Shown here one piece after another: positions 1-8,753 of a stretch of 32,000 nt of DNA. The DNA comes from Synechococcus sp. A15-28 (lineage in GTDB: Bacteria > Cyanobacteriota > Cyanobacteriia > PCC-6307 > Cyanobiaceae), in the NCBI RefSeq assembly GCF_014280175.1, contig NZ_CP047931.1, forward strand, positions 510,001 through 542,000. The letters run 5' to 3'. The number at the start of each line of letters is the position of its first letter. Position 1 is the stretch's first letter. Below the pieces are notes generated by a model. The model saw only the letters and a list, made by a program, of their open reading frames with translations. It was not told the DNA's origin and did no database searches. The translations under genes and the position numbers were made by a program.

Positions 1-383
1 TGCAGCGCCTTGAGCAGATGGCCTTTGCCCACCAGATCGCGGCTGCAGAGCCCTTGGCAGCCGGCGGCTGTGGCGGCTTCGATCGTGCTGCGCAGTGGCC
101 GCTGGATCAGCATCAAGCAGATCAGCTGCGGTTGCAGGGCTCGGGCCTGCTGCACCAGAGAGGAACCATCACCGCTCTCCAGCAGATCACTGCAGATCAA
201 CAGATCCGCTGGGGTGTGCTCCAGGCAGGAGAGGGCGTCGGCTTCGCTGGTGGTGACCCCGACCAGCGGACCGATGGTGTCGAACAGGGCCACGACGCTG
301 GTGATCAGCACCCGGTCGGCGCTGGCGATCAGGCAGCGCCGGCGTCTGAGCTCGGAACGGCTGCGCTGCAGCGTTTCACGCAT
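1..383 (-). CDS. Response-regulator receiver (CheY-like) domain protein; N-terminal part only, gene runs off the left edge
   Basis: Absent from the ORF track because there is no stop inside the window. Reverse-complement reading from ATG (383..381) gives MRETLQRSRSELRRRRCLIASADRVLITSVVALFDTIGPLVGVTTSEADALSCLEHTPADLLICSDLLESGDGSSLVQQARALQPQLICLMLIQRPL... The beta1 'LIASAD' and beta3 'LLICSDL..GDG' layout fits a receiver domain. An in-frame TAG 15 codons upstream bounds the start. Plus-strand ORFs 10..396 and 18..419 look like GC shadows. Confidence 0.55.
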   Translation of the reverse strand, partial: MRETLQRSRSELRRRRCLIASADRVLITSVVALFDTIGPLVGVTTSEADALSCLEHTPADLLICSDLLESGDGSSLVQQARALQPQLICLMLIQRPLRSTIEAATAAGCQGLCSRDLVGKGHLLKAL

Positions 384-518
384 GGCCGGCAGCTGAGCGG
401 TGAGGTTCAACGGTGGTGATGAACAGGCCTAAAGCAATGGTGGGCATTGGGTAAAACCGCACTGCCATCGAACACAGGAAGTCTGCAGAATTTCACTCAA
501 CAGACGACACGGGAGTGA

Positions 519-851
519 ATGGCATTTTTCGATTCCGACATCGTTCAGGACGAAGCCAAGCGCCTGTTCGGTGACTATCAGCAGCTGATGCAGCTGGGCA
601 GTGAATACGGCAAGTTCGACCGGGAGGGCAAGAAGAAGTTCATCGAGACGATGGAGGAGCTGATGGGTCGCTACCGGGTGTTCATGAAACGCTTCGAGCT
701 GTCGGAGGACTTCCAGGCCAAGCTCACCGTTGAGCAGCTGCGAACGCAGCTGGGGCAGTTCGGCATCACCCCGGAGCAGATGTTTGAGCAGATGAACGCC
801 ACCCTGGAGCGGATGAAGGCCCAGATCGAGCTGCCGCCTTCAGGCACCTGA
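519..851 (+). CDS. Small conserved cyanobacterial protein (DUF1825-like)
   Basis: ATG at 519 preceded by GGGAG (511..515). 110 aa, MAFFDSDIVQDEAKRLF...KFDREGKKKFIETMEELMGRYRVFMKRFELSEDF. Family name is recalled from picocyanobacterial homologues and not verified by search. Confidence 0.7.
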   Translation: MAFFDSDIVQDEAKRLFGDYQQLMQLGSEYGKFDREGKKKFIETMEELMGRYRVFMKRFELSEDFQAKLTVEQLRTQLGQFGITPEQMFEQMNATLERMKAQIELPPSGT

Positions 852-890
852 GTCACCCGTACGATCGCGGGCGCACGCCAACAGCGCCCC

Positions 891-2138
891 ATGCCGGAGT
901 CCACCCCGTCGTTGCCGGATTGGCTGTCCCGGGGCATGGCCGACCTGTTTCCGGCCGGGGATCCCAGCGATGCGGATCAGGCTCTGGCCGCACGCCTGGT
1001 GCAGGCAGAGAAAGAGGGCCGGCCGCTGCGGGTGAAGCTGGGCATCGACCCCACCGGCAGCAACATTCACCTGGGCCACAGCATCCTGTTCCGCAAGCTG
1101 CGAGCCTTTCAGGACGCGGGTCACACAGCGGTGCTGATCATCGGCGATTTCACCGCGCGGATCGGGGATCCCACCGGCAAGAGCGCCACGCGGGTGCAGC
1201 TGAGCAAGGAGGACGTGGCCGCCAACGCCTCCACTTACCTGCGTCAGCTGGGGCAAGACCAATCGAAAGAGACGGCGCTGCTGGATTTCGAAACCCCCGG
1301 CCGCCTTGAGGTGCGATACAACTCTGAGTGGCTGGAGGGGATGGACCTGCCGGCGGTGATCGGCCTGCTGGGCACCGGCACGGTGGGCCAGATGCTGGCC
1401 AAGGACGACTTCTCCAAGCGCTATGGAAGCGGCACCCCGATTGCCCTGCATGAATTCCTCTACCCGCTGCTGCAGGGCTACGACTCGGTGGCGGTGAACG
1501 CCGATGTGGAGCTGGGGGGCACCGATCAGAAGTTCAACGTGGCCATGGGCCGCGACCTGCAGCGCCATTTCGACAAGGGCACCCAGTTCGGCCTGCTGCT
1601 CCCGATCCTGGTGGGTCTGGATGGGGTGCAGAAGATGAGCAAGAGCCTCGGCAACGTGGTGGGGCTGGAGGAGGATCCGCTCTCGATGTACTCCAAGCTG
1701 GAGAAGGTCGGCGATGGGGCGATCAACGACTACGTCACGTTGCTGACGGATCTCGATCTGTCGGCGTTGCCGGAGAACCCTCGCGAAAAGCAGAAGGCGA
1801 TGGCCCTGGCGGTGACCGCCAGCCGCCATGGGATAGAGGCGGCCGAGAAGGCCCAGGCCGATGCCGCCAGCCTGGTGGGCGGTGCCGGTGATGCGGCGGC
1901 GGAGGTGCCGGAGGCGTCGCTGGCGGAGGTGAACTTCCCGGCCAAGGCCTTTTATCTGCTCAGTGCCGTGGGCATCTGCGCCAGCAGCAGCGAGGCCCGC
2001 CGCCAGATCAAGGGTGGTGCGGCGCGGCTGGAGGGAGAGAAGATCACCGATCCCAACCAGGAGTTCGCCTCGGCGGCGGAGCTGGAGGGCAAGGTGCTGC
2101 AGCTGGGCAAGAAGACCTTCCGGCGCTTGGTGGCCTGA
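891..2138 (+). CDS. tyrS: Tyrosine--tRNA ligase
   Basis: Class I signature [14 protein letters not shown] (HIGH-type), literal KMSKS, and a C-terminal S4-like [16 protein letters not shown]. 415 aa, ATG start. Confidence 0.95.
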   Translation: MPESTPSLPDWLSRGMADLFPAGDPSDADQALAARLVQAEKEGRPLRVKLGIDPTGSNIHLGHSILFRKLRAFQDAGHTAVLIIGDFTARIGDPTGKSATRVQLSKEDVAANASTYLRQLGQDQSKETALLDFETPGRLEVRYNSEWLEGMDLPAVIGLLGTGTVGQMLAKDDFSKRYGSGTPIALHEFLYPLLQGYDSVAVNADVELGGTDQKFNVAMGRDLQRHFDKGTQFGLLLPILVGLDGVQKMSKSLGNVVGLEEDPLSMYSKLEKVGDGAINDYVTLLTDLDLSALPENPREKQKAMALAVTASRHGIEAAEKAQADAASLVGGAGDAAAEVPEASLAEVNFPAKAFYLLSAVGICASSSEARRQIKGGAARLEGEKITDPNQEFASAAELEGKVLQLGKKTFRRLVA

Positions 2139-2860
2139 TGGCCTGTTTCGATCCCGCCGATCGGATCATCGTGGCCCTCGATGGCATGGCGCCCGAGCAG
2201 GCGCTGAGGTTTGCGGCTCAGGTGGATGGACTGCGCTGGGTGAAGGTGGGTCTGGAGCTGTTCGTGCAGGCCGGCCCAGAGGTGGTGGCCCTGCTGCGGG
2301 AGCAGGGGTTGCGGGTGTTCCTGGATCTCAAATTTCACGACATCCCCGCCACCATGGCGGGGGCCTGCCGGCGGGCGGCGGCGTTGGGGGCGGAGCTGAT
2401 CACGGTGCATGCCTGCTCCGGCAGCGAAGCGCTGCAGGCGGCTCAGGCCGCGGCTGTTGAGGGAGCCCAAACAGCAGGTCTCGATGCCCCAACGCTGCTG
2501 GCGGTGACGGTGCTCACCAGTTGGCAGGAGCAGCGGCTGCAACGGGAACTCGCCATCACGCAGGGCATCGCCGAACGGGTGCCGGCGTTGGCGCAGTTGT
2601 CGGCGACCGCCGGCATCGGCGGTTGTGTTTGCTCACCCTTGGAAGCCTCGGCGCTGCGGGCCCAGCACCCCGAACCGTTTGCACTTGTTACGCCAGGCAT
2701 TCGCCCCAAAGGGACTGCGATTGGTGATCAGGCCCGGGTGATGGGGCCGGCGGAGGCGCTCGCAGCAGGAGCCAGCCAGCTGGTGATCGGCCGGCCGATC
2801 AGCAAGGCTGACGATCCAAGCGCCGCGTTTGCCGCCTGCTGCGCTGAGCTCATTGGCTGA
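2138..2860 (+). CDS. pyrF: Orotidine 5'-phosphate decarboxylase
   Basis: Motifs [14 protein letters not shown] and LVIGRPI. The ATG overlaps the tyrS TGA by 1 nt (TGATG at 2136..2140). Confidence 0.92.
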   Translation: MACFDPADRIIVALDGMAPEQALRFAAQVDGLRWVKVGLELFVQAGPEVVALLREQGLRVFLDLKFHDIPATMAGACRRAAALGAELITVHACSGSEALQAAQAAAVEGAQTAGLDAPTLLAVTVLTSWQEQRLQRELAITQGIAERVPALAQLSATAGIGGCVCSPLEASALRAQHPEPFALVTPGIRPKGTAIGDQARVMGPAEALAAGASQLVIGRPISKADDPSAAFAACCAELIG

Positions 2861-2879
2861 TCGCTGCAGGCGGCAGTGC

Positions 2880-3518
2880 TCAAGACTTCTGCCCGATCCT
2901 GGGTTCAGTCCCCGCAATCAACCGCTCGATGTTGCTGCGATGGCGCCAGAGCACCATCAGGCTGGCCACAAGCGACACCACCACATAGGCGCTGCTGCCG
3001 CCGGAGAGCAACATCAGCACAGGCAATCCGATGGCGGCCACCACGCTGGAGAGCGACACGATCCGGAAGATCGAGATCACGGCCATGAATAGGCCAAAGC
3101 AGGCCAGCCCCACCGGCCAGGCCAGTCCCAGGAACATGCCCAGGCCGGTGGCCACCGCTTTGCCGCCCTTCCAGCCCAGCCACACCGGCCAGATGTGACC
3201 GGCCAACGCCGCCAGGCCCGCCAGCACCTGAAGCCAGTCATTCAGTCCAAAACTTTTCGCCAGCAGCACCGCCAGGGCGCCTTTGCCCACATCCAGCAGA
3301 AACACCACCAGTGCAGGGCCTTTGCCCACATTGCGCAGCACGTTGGTGGCGCCGGTGCTGCCGGAGCCGCAGGTGCGCAGGTCGATGCCCTTGAGCCAGC
3401 GGCCGGCGAGATAGCCGCTGGGGGTCGACCCCAGCAGGTAGCCGATGGCCAGGAGCAGCAGGGCGGTGAGGATCACAAGAACGAGACAGGCTGCTGGATC
3501 GCGCAGGAATGGAAGCAC
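2880..3518 (-). CDS. plsY: Glycerol-3-phosphate acyltransferase PlsY
   Basis: Polytopic membrane protein with the PlsY signature GSGSTGATNVLRN. The start at 3518 is GTG. Confidence 0.9.
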   Translation of the reverse strand: MLPFLRDPAACLVLVILTALLLLAIGYLLGSTPSGYLAGRWLKGIDLRTCGSGSTGATNVLRNVGKGPALVVFLLDVGKGALAVLLAKSFGLNDWLQVLAGLAALAGHIWPVWLGWKGGKAVATGLGMFLGLAWPVGLACFGLFMAVISIFRIVSLSSVVAAIGLPVLMLLSGGSSAYVVVSLVASLMVLWRHRSNIERLIAGTEPRIGQKS

Positions 3519-3589
3519 AGCGCGGGGCGGTTTGCACGGAGCCTGGCTTGGCTTGGTCGACTAAGTTGGTTGAGGTGGATCAGGTTGTG

Positions 3590-3847
3590 ATGAAGCAGGT
3601 CAACATGCATGAGGCCAAAACCCATTTATCGCGCTTGGTGGATGAGGCGGCAGCCGGTCAGTCGTTTGTGATCTGCAAGGCCGGTAAGCCGATGGTGCGC
3701 GTCACACCACTGAACCAGTCCGACGAAGCGGCCCCTGTTCGTTCACGGTTGGGAATGTTGAGGGGGCAGTTGTCTGTGCCGGACGACTTCGATCGCATGG
3801 GCCAGGAGGAGATTGCCGATTTGTTTGAAGGGATCGGCGAGCGCTGA
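3590..3847 (+). CDS. Type II antitoxin, Phd/YefM (prevent-host-death) family
   Basis: MKQVNMHEAKTHLSRLVDEAAAGQSFVICKAGKPMVRVTPL... is the typical Phd/YefM N-terminus, with a ...PDDFD... tail. I chose the ATG at 3590, because the longer ORF start at 3509 would overlap plsY. The stop overlaps the PIN gene start by 1 nt. Confidence 0.8.
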   Translation: MKQVNMHEAKTHLSRLVDEAAAGQSFVICKAGKPMVRVTPLNQSDEAAPVRSRLGMLRGQLSVPDDFDRMGQEEIADLFEGIGER

Positions 3848-4236
3848 TGCAGTTGTTGTTGGACACCCACCTTCTTCTGTGGGCCGTGGATCAGCCTGAA
3901 CGCTTGGATGCAGCGCTGATTCAGATGCTTGAAGACCCGTTAAACACCCCGGTGTTCAGCGTGGTGAGCCTCTGGGAACTGGTGATCAAACGGGGCCTGG
4001 ATCGGCCTGACTTTCAGGTGGAGCCCTCTTTGATCCGCCATGCCCTATTGGAGGGTGGTTGGCGCGAGTTGCCTGTGGAGGCCCACCATGCATTTGCCGT
4101 GGGGCAGTTGCCGGCGCTGCATCGAGATCCCTTCGATCGCTTGTTGCTGGCCCAGGCACAAGCCGATGGCCTGTTGCTGATCACCGCGGATCAGCTGCTT
4201 GCGCAAAACCCAGGCCCTGTGCGCCGGATGGACTGA
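3847..4236 (+). CDS. vapC: Type II toxin, VapC family PIN-domain ribonuclease
   Basis: MQLLLDTHLLLW (first acidic residue), SLWELVIK, HRDPFDRLLLAQA and LITAD are PIN/VapC hallmarks. 129 aa. Confidence 0.85.
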   Translation: MQLLLDTHLLLWAVDQPERLDAALIQMLEDPLNTPVFSVVSLWELVIKRGLDRPDFQVEPSLIRHALLEGGWRELPVEAHHAFAVGQLPALHRDPFDRLLLAQAQADGLLLITADQLLAQNPGPVRRMD

Positions 4237-4240
4237 CGGT

Positions 4241-5197
4241 CTACAGCAGATCATCGTCGTCGAGGCGTTCGCCCGGACCAGCCGCGAAGGCCAGCCAGAG
4301 CGGGAACTGCAGCACGGGGATGTCGATGCTGCGCTCGGCGGCATCGATCAGGATCAGCGGCACTTCGCCCCGTTCCTCCAGCCGGTCGGCCCGTTCCACC
4401 AGGGCTTCTGGCCGTTCGAACAGCACGATGCCGCTGCTGGGGCCGAAGTCTTCCCGGCCCAGGCCCAGGGCATCCTGCAGGCCCCGTCGCCATTCGCCGA
4501 GCCGTTCCGGGCCGCCGGCCAGCACTAGGCACTGGAACTGATCGCCGTAGAGCTCGCCGATGATCGCGATCAGCGCCGCGCTGGCCAGGATGTTGCGGGG
4601 CCGGGTGCCGCGGCTGGGCTGGGCCCCACGGCCCCCTTGGTTGAAGAACCAGTCCTCCAATAGGGCGATGTCCTTGGCATCGACGCTACGACGCAGGTTC
4701 CAGGGGTCGGCGTAGACGTCCGGCTGTTGGAGGAAGCGCTGCAGCGAATCGCGGATCAGCGTTTCGTCGGGGCGGAAGGTGTCGGCCACCGCCGGTGCTG
4801 GGCTGCTCTCATCGGTGCTCGCCGGTGCCGCTGCGTTGCTGGCGGCCTGATCCAGCGGTGAGGGTTGCACCACCATCGGCTGCACCACCAGTTCCAGGCT
4901 TTCCACGCTCTGCACCAGGCCCTGCAGGGCGCCGCCCAGGTACTCCTGGAAGCCCTTTACCCGGCGGGCGATGGCATCGGATTGGCCGGCAAAGCTGGTT
5001 TTCAGTTCGGCCTCCAGCTGTTGCTTGCGGCTGGTCATCTCGGCGATCTCCGCCTCCAGGGCATCGCGGCGCTGCTGCAGATCCTTCAGCGCCAGCTCCA
5101 TCACCGGGTTGTCTGCGCTGGGTGACGGCTCGGTGTCGGATGCCTGCGGGGTCAGGGCGGTGTCGTCGGGCATTGCGTCAGCGGCCGTGCTCTCCAT
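4241..5197 (-). CDS. Conserved hypothetical protein, coiled-coil N-terminal half plus globular C-terminal half (possibly DUF3086 family)
   Basis: Long ORF with a heptad-like segment (LKDLQQRRDALEAEIAEMTSRKQQLEAELK). The ORF-track start at 5230 is GTG; I prefer the first ATG at 5197 (MESTAADAMPDD), with 5173 also possible. The family name is from memory only. Confidence 0.6.
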   Translation of the reverse strand: MESTAADAMPDDTALTPQASDTEPSPSADNPVMELALKDLQQRRDALEAEIAEMTSRKQQLEAELKTSFAGQSDAIARRVKGFQEYLGGALQGLVQSVESLELVVQPMVVQPSPLDQAASNAAAPASTDESSPAPAVADTFRPDETLIRDSLQRFLQQPDVYADPWNLRRSVDAKDIALLEDWFFNQGGRGAQPSRGTRPRNILASAALIAIIGELYGDQFQCLVLAGGPERLGEWRRGLQDALGLGREDFGPSSGIVLFERPEALVERADRLEERGEVPLILIDAAERSIDIPVLQFPLWLAFAAGPGERLDDDDLL

Positions 5198-5262
5198 CGC
5201 CCCATTCCAGCTGACCGGAGGCCCAGGCACCAGTTGCGCCCTGGATTGAAAGGTTTTGGTGT

Positions 5263-5301
5263 GATATTTTCACGATATAGGGTGTAAATTGTGAAAATAT
5301 C
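5263..5301. promoter_or_regulatory. A+T-rich inverted repeat in the intergenic gap between the HEPN gene stop and the start of the 4241..5197 gene
   Basis: GATATTTTCAC (5263..5273) and GTGAAAATATC (5291..5301) are perfect 11-nt reverse complements separated by 17 nt. They sit in the most A+T-rich stretch of this part of the window. No U-run follows the stem on the minus strand, so an operator or promoter element seems more likely than an intrinsic terminator. Confidence 0.35.
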
Positions 5302-5305
5302 GTGC

Positions 5306-5698
5306 TTAGGCTTTGATCGTGTTCTTGGCGAACGCCAGCACCTGCTCCGCAACGTTGCGCGCCTCGTTACTGTCCTGCTCATCGAAGCGATCGGCCGGTG
5401 CTTCGCTGTCGCTTGGGTAGCGGGTTTCGCTGTTCATTCGGCTGAGGGCTTTGAGCCGTATCTCACGCAGCGGTTGCACATCCAGCCCCGCTGATTCGAG
5501 GTTGTCGACCAGGCGATCCAGAGCATGGCTGTAGGGCGGCAGGGCGTCCAGGGAAATCAACAGGGCCTTCAGTGCCTTCTCCGCTGCCTGGCCGTAGTGG
5601 TAACAGGCCTGACTGTGAAAACCTTGTTGGGCGGTGAGTTCTGCGACGGCCCAATCGCTGTTGGCCTGCCGCATCCAGGCATCAATGCGTGGTGTCAT
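5306..5698 (-). CDS. HEPN domain protein (partner of the upstream nucleotidyltransferase)
   Basis: MTPRIDAWMRQANSDWAVAELTAQQGFHSQACYHYGQAAEKALKALL...NSETRYPS is a classical HEPN helical-bundle pattern. The ATG at 5698 overlaps the MNT stop (ATGA, 5695..5698). The 155-aa ORF-track version adds an Arg/Pro-rich extension that I reject. Confidence 0.8.
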   Translation of the reverse strand: MTPRIDAWMRQANSDWAVAELTAQQGFHSQACYHYGQAAEKALKALLISLDALPPYSHALDRLVDNLESAGLDVQPLREIRLKALSRMNSETRYPSDSEAPADRFDEQDSNEARNVAEQVLAFAKNTIKA

Positions 5699-6036
5699 GA
5701 CAGCCCCAGCCGCACGGCATCCAGGCCGATGGCGCGCCAGTAGGGGTCGTCGCCGTTGCGGCGCTCCTGCCATTCCAGCTCGGTCAGCGCCAGCACGTCG
5801 TCGGCCATTCCCAGATCCAGCACCGCATCCGCCAGCTCGCTGGCCTGGCTGCGGTTCGGGGCAACGGCCAGCACATCCACATCCGAAAAGGCATCCCAGT
5901 CGCCCCGGGCCCAGGAGCCGAACAGCCAGAGGCTGGCGCCGGGATGTTCAGCCAGCACGCTGCTGGCCTGCTGATGCAGTCCCTTGAGCCGCTCGGCCTG
6001 CTTGCGGCGGCGGATATCGGCAACCGTCATGCCCAT
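5695..6036 (-). CDS. Minimal nucleotidyltransferase (MNT) domain protein
   Basis: LFGSWARGDWDAFSDVDVLAV matches the GS-x(9-10)-DxD Pol-beta-type nucleotidyltransferase motif. 113 aa (or 111 aa from the second ATG at 6030). Confidence 0.85.
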   Translation of the reverse strand: MGMTVADIRRRKQAERLKGLHQQASSVLAEHPGASLWLFGSWARGDWDAFSDVDVLAVAPNRSQASELADAVLDLGMADDVLALTELEWQERRNGDDPYWRAIGLDAVRLGLS

Positions 6037-6075
6037 GCCTCGACGCTATGGGCAGATCGCCCGTGCTGCAAGCGC

Positions 6076-6477
6076 TCAATCAGCGTTGCTGGCCGGCACC
6101 TCCAGGGCTCCCACCCGCAGCTCCAGCTGCTCCCGCAGCTGCTTGGGGCTGAACAGGATCGGCAGGAAGTGAATGCTCTGGGTCTCGCGGAAATAGAGCA
6201 GCCCCGGTAGCCAGGGGGCGAACAGGCGCCAGGTGAGCCATTGGCCGTAGGGGAAGCGGCGCAGCTCACGGCTGTTCTGCCACACGATCAGGGCCTTCTC
6301 TTCGAATTCCAGCCGCAGGCTGGCCGTCTGGATCAGCAGAAACACACCGAACAGCACCACCACCACCGTCGGCCAGGGCGAGAGCGGCAGTGGCAACAAG
6401 GCCAGCCCGAAGGCCACCACCAGCAGCGGCAGCCGCACGTCAGGTTTCAGCGTGACGCTTTCAGGAGTTGAGCTCAT
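6076..6477 (-). CDS. Small membrane protein (DUF3119-like)
   Basis: 133 aa with two N-terminal TM helices (LPLLVVAFGLALLPLPL, VVVVLFGVFLLI) and then a soluble part. Its ATG overlaps the mlaE stop (ATGA, 6474..6477). The family name is from memory. Confidence 0.65.
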   Translation of the reverse strand: MSSTPESVTLKPDVRLPLLVVAFGLALLPLPLSPWPTVVVVLFGVFLLIQTASLRLEFEEKALIVWQNSRELRRFPYGQWLTWRLFAPWLPGLLYFRETQSIHFLPILFSPKQLREQLELRVGALEVPASNAD

Positions 6478-7223
6478 GCGCCGAACAGCACCTGGGTGAG
6501 AACGACGTCCATCATTGACACAAGAATCAGGATCATGACGACCGCTCCGGTGGTGCTGGTGCCCACCTCCTTGGGTCCGCCCTTGGTGGTGAGGCCCCAG
6601 CCGCAGGCCACCACCGCGATGATCAGCCCGAAGACCAGGGCTTTCACCAGCATGAAGGGCAGGTCCAAAGGATCCATCCAGGTGCGCACGGAGGTCCAGA
6701 ACACCGCCGGCGGAATGTTATAAAGCGCCGTGCTGGTGATCTGGCCACTCCACACCGCCATCAGGAAGAAGAAGAAGCACTGCACCGGCGCCATCACCAC
6801 CATCGCGATCACGCGCGGCACCACCAGGTACTCCACCGGATCGGTGCGCAGCATCGTGATCGCATCGATCTGTTCGGTCACCTTCATCGTGCCCAGCTGC
6901 GCGGCATAGGCAGTGGCTACCTTGCCCGCCAGCAGGCAGGAGGTGAGCAGCGGTGCGATCTCCCGGGCCAGGCCGACCGCCAGGATGCCGCCCACGGTGG
7001 AGCCCGCCCCCTGGCGGGTGAGTTCAGCGGCCACCTGGATGTTGAACACCGAGCCGGCGGCGATCGCGATGATCAGCACGATCAGAACGCTGGCCGGGCC
7101 GGCCTCCATCAACTGGTCCTGCAGGTCCACGGTGTTGATTCGGCCCCGCAGTGTGGCTGTCACGGTCTGGCCACCGATCAACAGGCTGGCGCCCAGTCGT
7201 TTCAGCCAGCGGGGAGAGGTCAT
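6474..7223 (-). CDS. mlaE: MlaE/TGD1-type lipid ABC transporter permease
   Basis: 249 aa polytopic protein with the MlaE-family layout (…EAGPASVLIVLIIAIAAGSVF…QLGTMKVTEQIDAI…). ATG at 7223 overlaps the upstream MFS stop (ATGA). Confidence 0.88.
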   Translation of the reverse strand: MTSPRWLKRLGASLLIGGQTVTATLRGRINTVDLQDQLMEAGPASVLIVLIIAIAAGSVFNIQVAAELTRQGAGSTVGGILAVGLAREIAPLLTSCLLAGKVATAYAAQLGTMKVTEQIDAITMLRTDPVEYLVVPRVIAMVVMAPVQCFFFFLMAVWSGQITSTALYNIPPAVFWTSVRTWMDPLDLPFMLVKALVFGLIIAVVACGWGLTTKGGPKEVGTSTTGAVVMILILVSMMDVVLTQVLFGA

Positions 7224-8590
7224 CCGGCGGAGGCCTGCAGATGGGCGCCACGGTCTGGCCAGCCTCGCATCACCACAAGGCCAATCAGCACAAGGATGGC
7301 AGGAATCAGACCCATGCAGAGCCGGATCGCCAGCAGGGCTGAATCCGGCTGTTCGATGAAACTCAGCGCCCCACTGCAGTCGCCCTGGCTGGAGATGTAG
7401 CCCGTGAGCGAGAGCAGGCTGCCGAACACCGACATGGTGAGACCGATGATCAGCTTCTGGCCGAAGATCATCCAGGCGGTGTAGAGCCCGGCAGGCTTGC
7501 CCGGATCAGCGTCGATCGCGTCGGGCAGCAGCGACCAGGGGATCAGATAGGCGGTGGCAGCGCCCACCCCCACCAGGGCAATCAGTCCGATCAAGGGCAG
7601 CAGTTGCAGCAGGCCGGGATCCGCCGCCAGAGGCGGGAACAGCATCGACAGCAGGCAGGCGCTGATCCATAGCCCCGCACCCCAGCGCAGGGTTCCCACG
7701 CGGCCGATGCGGTTGCTGAGGTTGCTCCACAGCTGAAGCCCCAGCAGGGCGGCGATCTGGAAGGGCAGCAGGATCCAGGTGGAGAGGTTGGCGGGCACAT
7801 GCACCACCTGCACCAGCCAGATCAAGGCCACCACCTGCATCAGTTGCAGGCCGAACCAGAGCAGCAGGTAGAGCCCCAGCACCTTGCGGAAGCGGGGGTT
7901 GGCCAGCACCCGTTTGAGCTGTTGCATCGGCGCTTCGTTGTTGGGCACCGGCCGTTGGGCCCGCTTGGCGTAGGGGGCCAGCCCCCAGCAGCAGAGCAGC
8001 GTGGTGGCGGCGGCGATGCTGCCGGTGATTCGGCCCATGGCCAGGTAGCCCCCGCCTCCATCGGTGAGCACCACCGAGGCCACGATCAGTCCGCTCAGGC
8101 CCGCCAGGATCGACCCGCTGAACCGCGCCGCATTCAGGCGAGTGCGAAGGGCGGTGTCCGGCGTGAGTTCGGTGCTGAGGGCGGCGTAGGGCAGGTTGAC
8201 GCTGGTGTAAGCGGTCATCAGCAAGACCGCCATCACGGCGTAGTACGTGGTGCGCTGCACCGTGTCGCCGGGGGGCACCCACCATATCGCCGCCAGACTG
8301 ATGCCCAGGGGCAGGGCGGCCGTGAGCATCCAGGGCAGCCGCGGGCCCCAGCGGCTGTTGGTGTGATCGCTGAGCCAGCCGATCAACGGGTCATTCAGCG
8401 CGTCCCAGACCTTGCTCACCGTGAGCAGGGAGCCGGCGATGAAGGCCGGCAGGCCTGCGGCGCAGATGAAAAAGGGGAAGAGATAGAACCCGAGCTGGGT
8501 GGCGGCAAGCCCGGTGCCGGCATCACCCAGGCCGTAGGCCAGCATCAATCGGCGTCGGGAAGCCCCGTCGATTGCGTCGGACGATGTCAC
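7220..8590 (-). CDS. MFS transporter, glycoside-pentoside-hexuronide (GPH) cation symporter-like
   Basis: About 12 TM helices. The N-terminal YGLGDAG...VWDALNDPLIGWLSDHTNSRWGPRLPW matches the GPH signature. The start is ambiguous: GTG 8647 (ORF track), GTG 8590 (chosen, gives MTSSDAIDG...) or ATG 8545. Confidence 0.78.
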   Translation of the reverse strand: MTSSDAIDGASRRRLMLAYGLGDAGTGLAATQLGFYLFPFFICAAGLPAFIAGSLLTVSKVWDALNDPLIGWLSDHTNSRWGPRLPWMLTAALPLGISLAAIWWVPPGDTVQRTTYYAVMAVLLMTAYTSVNLPYAALSTELTPDTALRTRLNAARFSGSILAGLSGLIVASVVLTDGGGGYLAMGRITGSIAAATTLLCCWGLAPYAKRAQRPVPNNEAPMQQLKRVLANPRFRKVLGLYLLLWFGLQLMQVVALIWLVQVVHVPANLSTWILLPFQIAALLGLQLWSNLSNRIGRVGTLRWGAGLWISACLLSMLFPPLAADPGLLQLLPLIGLIALVGVGAATAYLIPWSLLPDAIDADPGKPAGLYTAWMIFGQKLIIGLTMSVFGSLLSLTGYISSQGDCSGALSFIEQPDSALLAIRLCMGLIPAILVLIGLVVMRGWPDRGAHLQASAG

Positions 8591-8679
8591 GCTGAGGCAG
8601 GGGGCAGGCGGACCGCCATAATGCAGGTGTGCTGAAGCACTGACCACCCCATCAAGGGCTGTGGTTCAGATGTACCAGT

Positions 8680-8750
8680 GCGGGTGTTGTGTAATGGTAA
8701 GACCTCAGCCTTCCAAGCTGATGACACGGGTTCGATTCCCGTCACCCGCT
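8680..8750 (+). tRNA. tRNA-Gly(UCC): tRNA-Gly (anticodon UCC)
   Basis: Manual cloverleaf: acceptor GCGGGTG/CACCCGC, anticodon stem TCAGC/GCTGA with loop CTTCCAA, T-arm ACGGG-TTCGATT-CCCGT, discriminator T, and one G-G mismatch in the D stem. 71 nt, with no encoded CCA. Confidence 0.9.
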
Positions 8751-8753
8751 TCC

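Noticed and set aside
840-1829. 329-aa minus-strand ORF antisense to tyrS. Similar long antisense ORFs occur elsewhere (8847..10202 +, 15501..16490 +, 20270..21652 +, 23064..23936 +, 29774..30643 -, 7799..8635 +).
   Set aside because: Their translations are Arg/Gly/Pro/His/Gln-rich with no domain features. They lie opposite genes with unmistakable conserved motifs. These are typical stop-codon-poor shadow frames of GC-rich DNA.
3509-3589. Longer 112-aa version of the antitoxin ORF.
   Set aside because: Its start lies inside plsY on the opposite strand, and the added 27 residues are not part of the Phd/YefM fold. The ATG at 3590 gives the canonical MKxVNxHEAKTHLS N-terminus.
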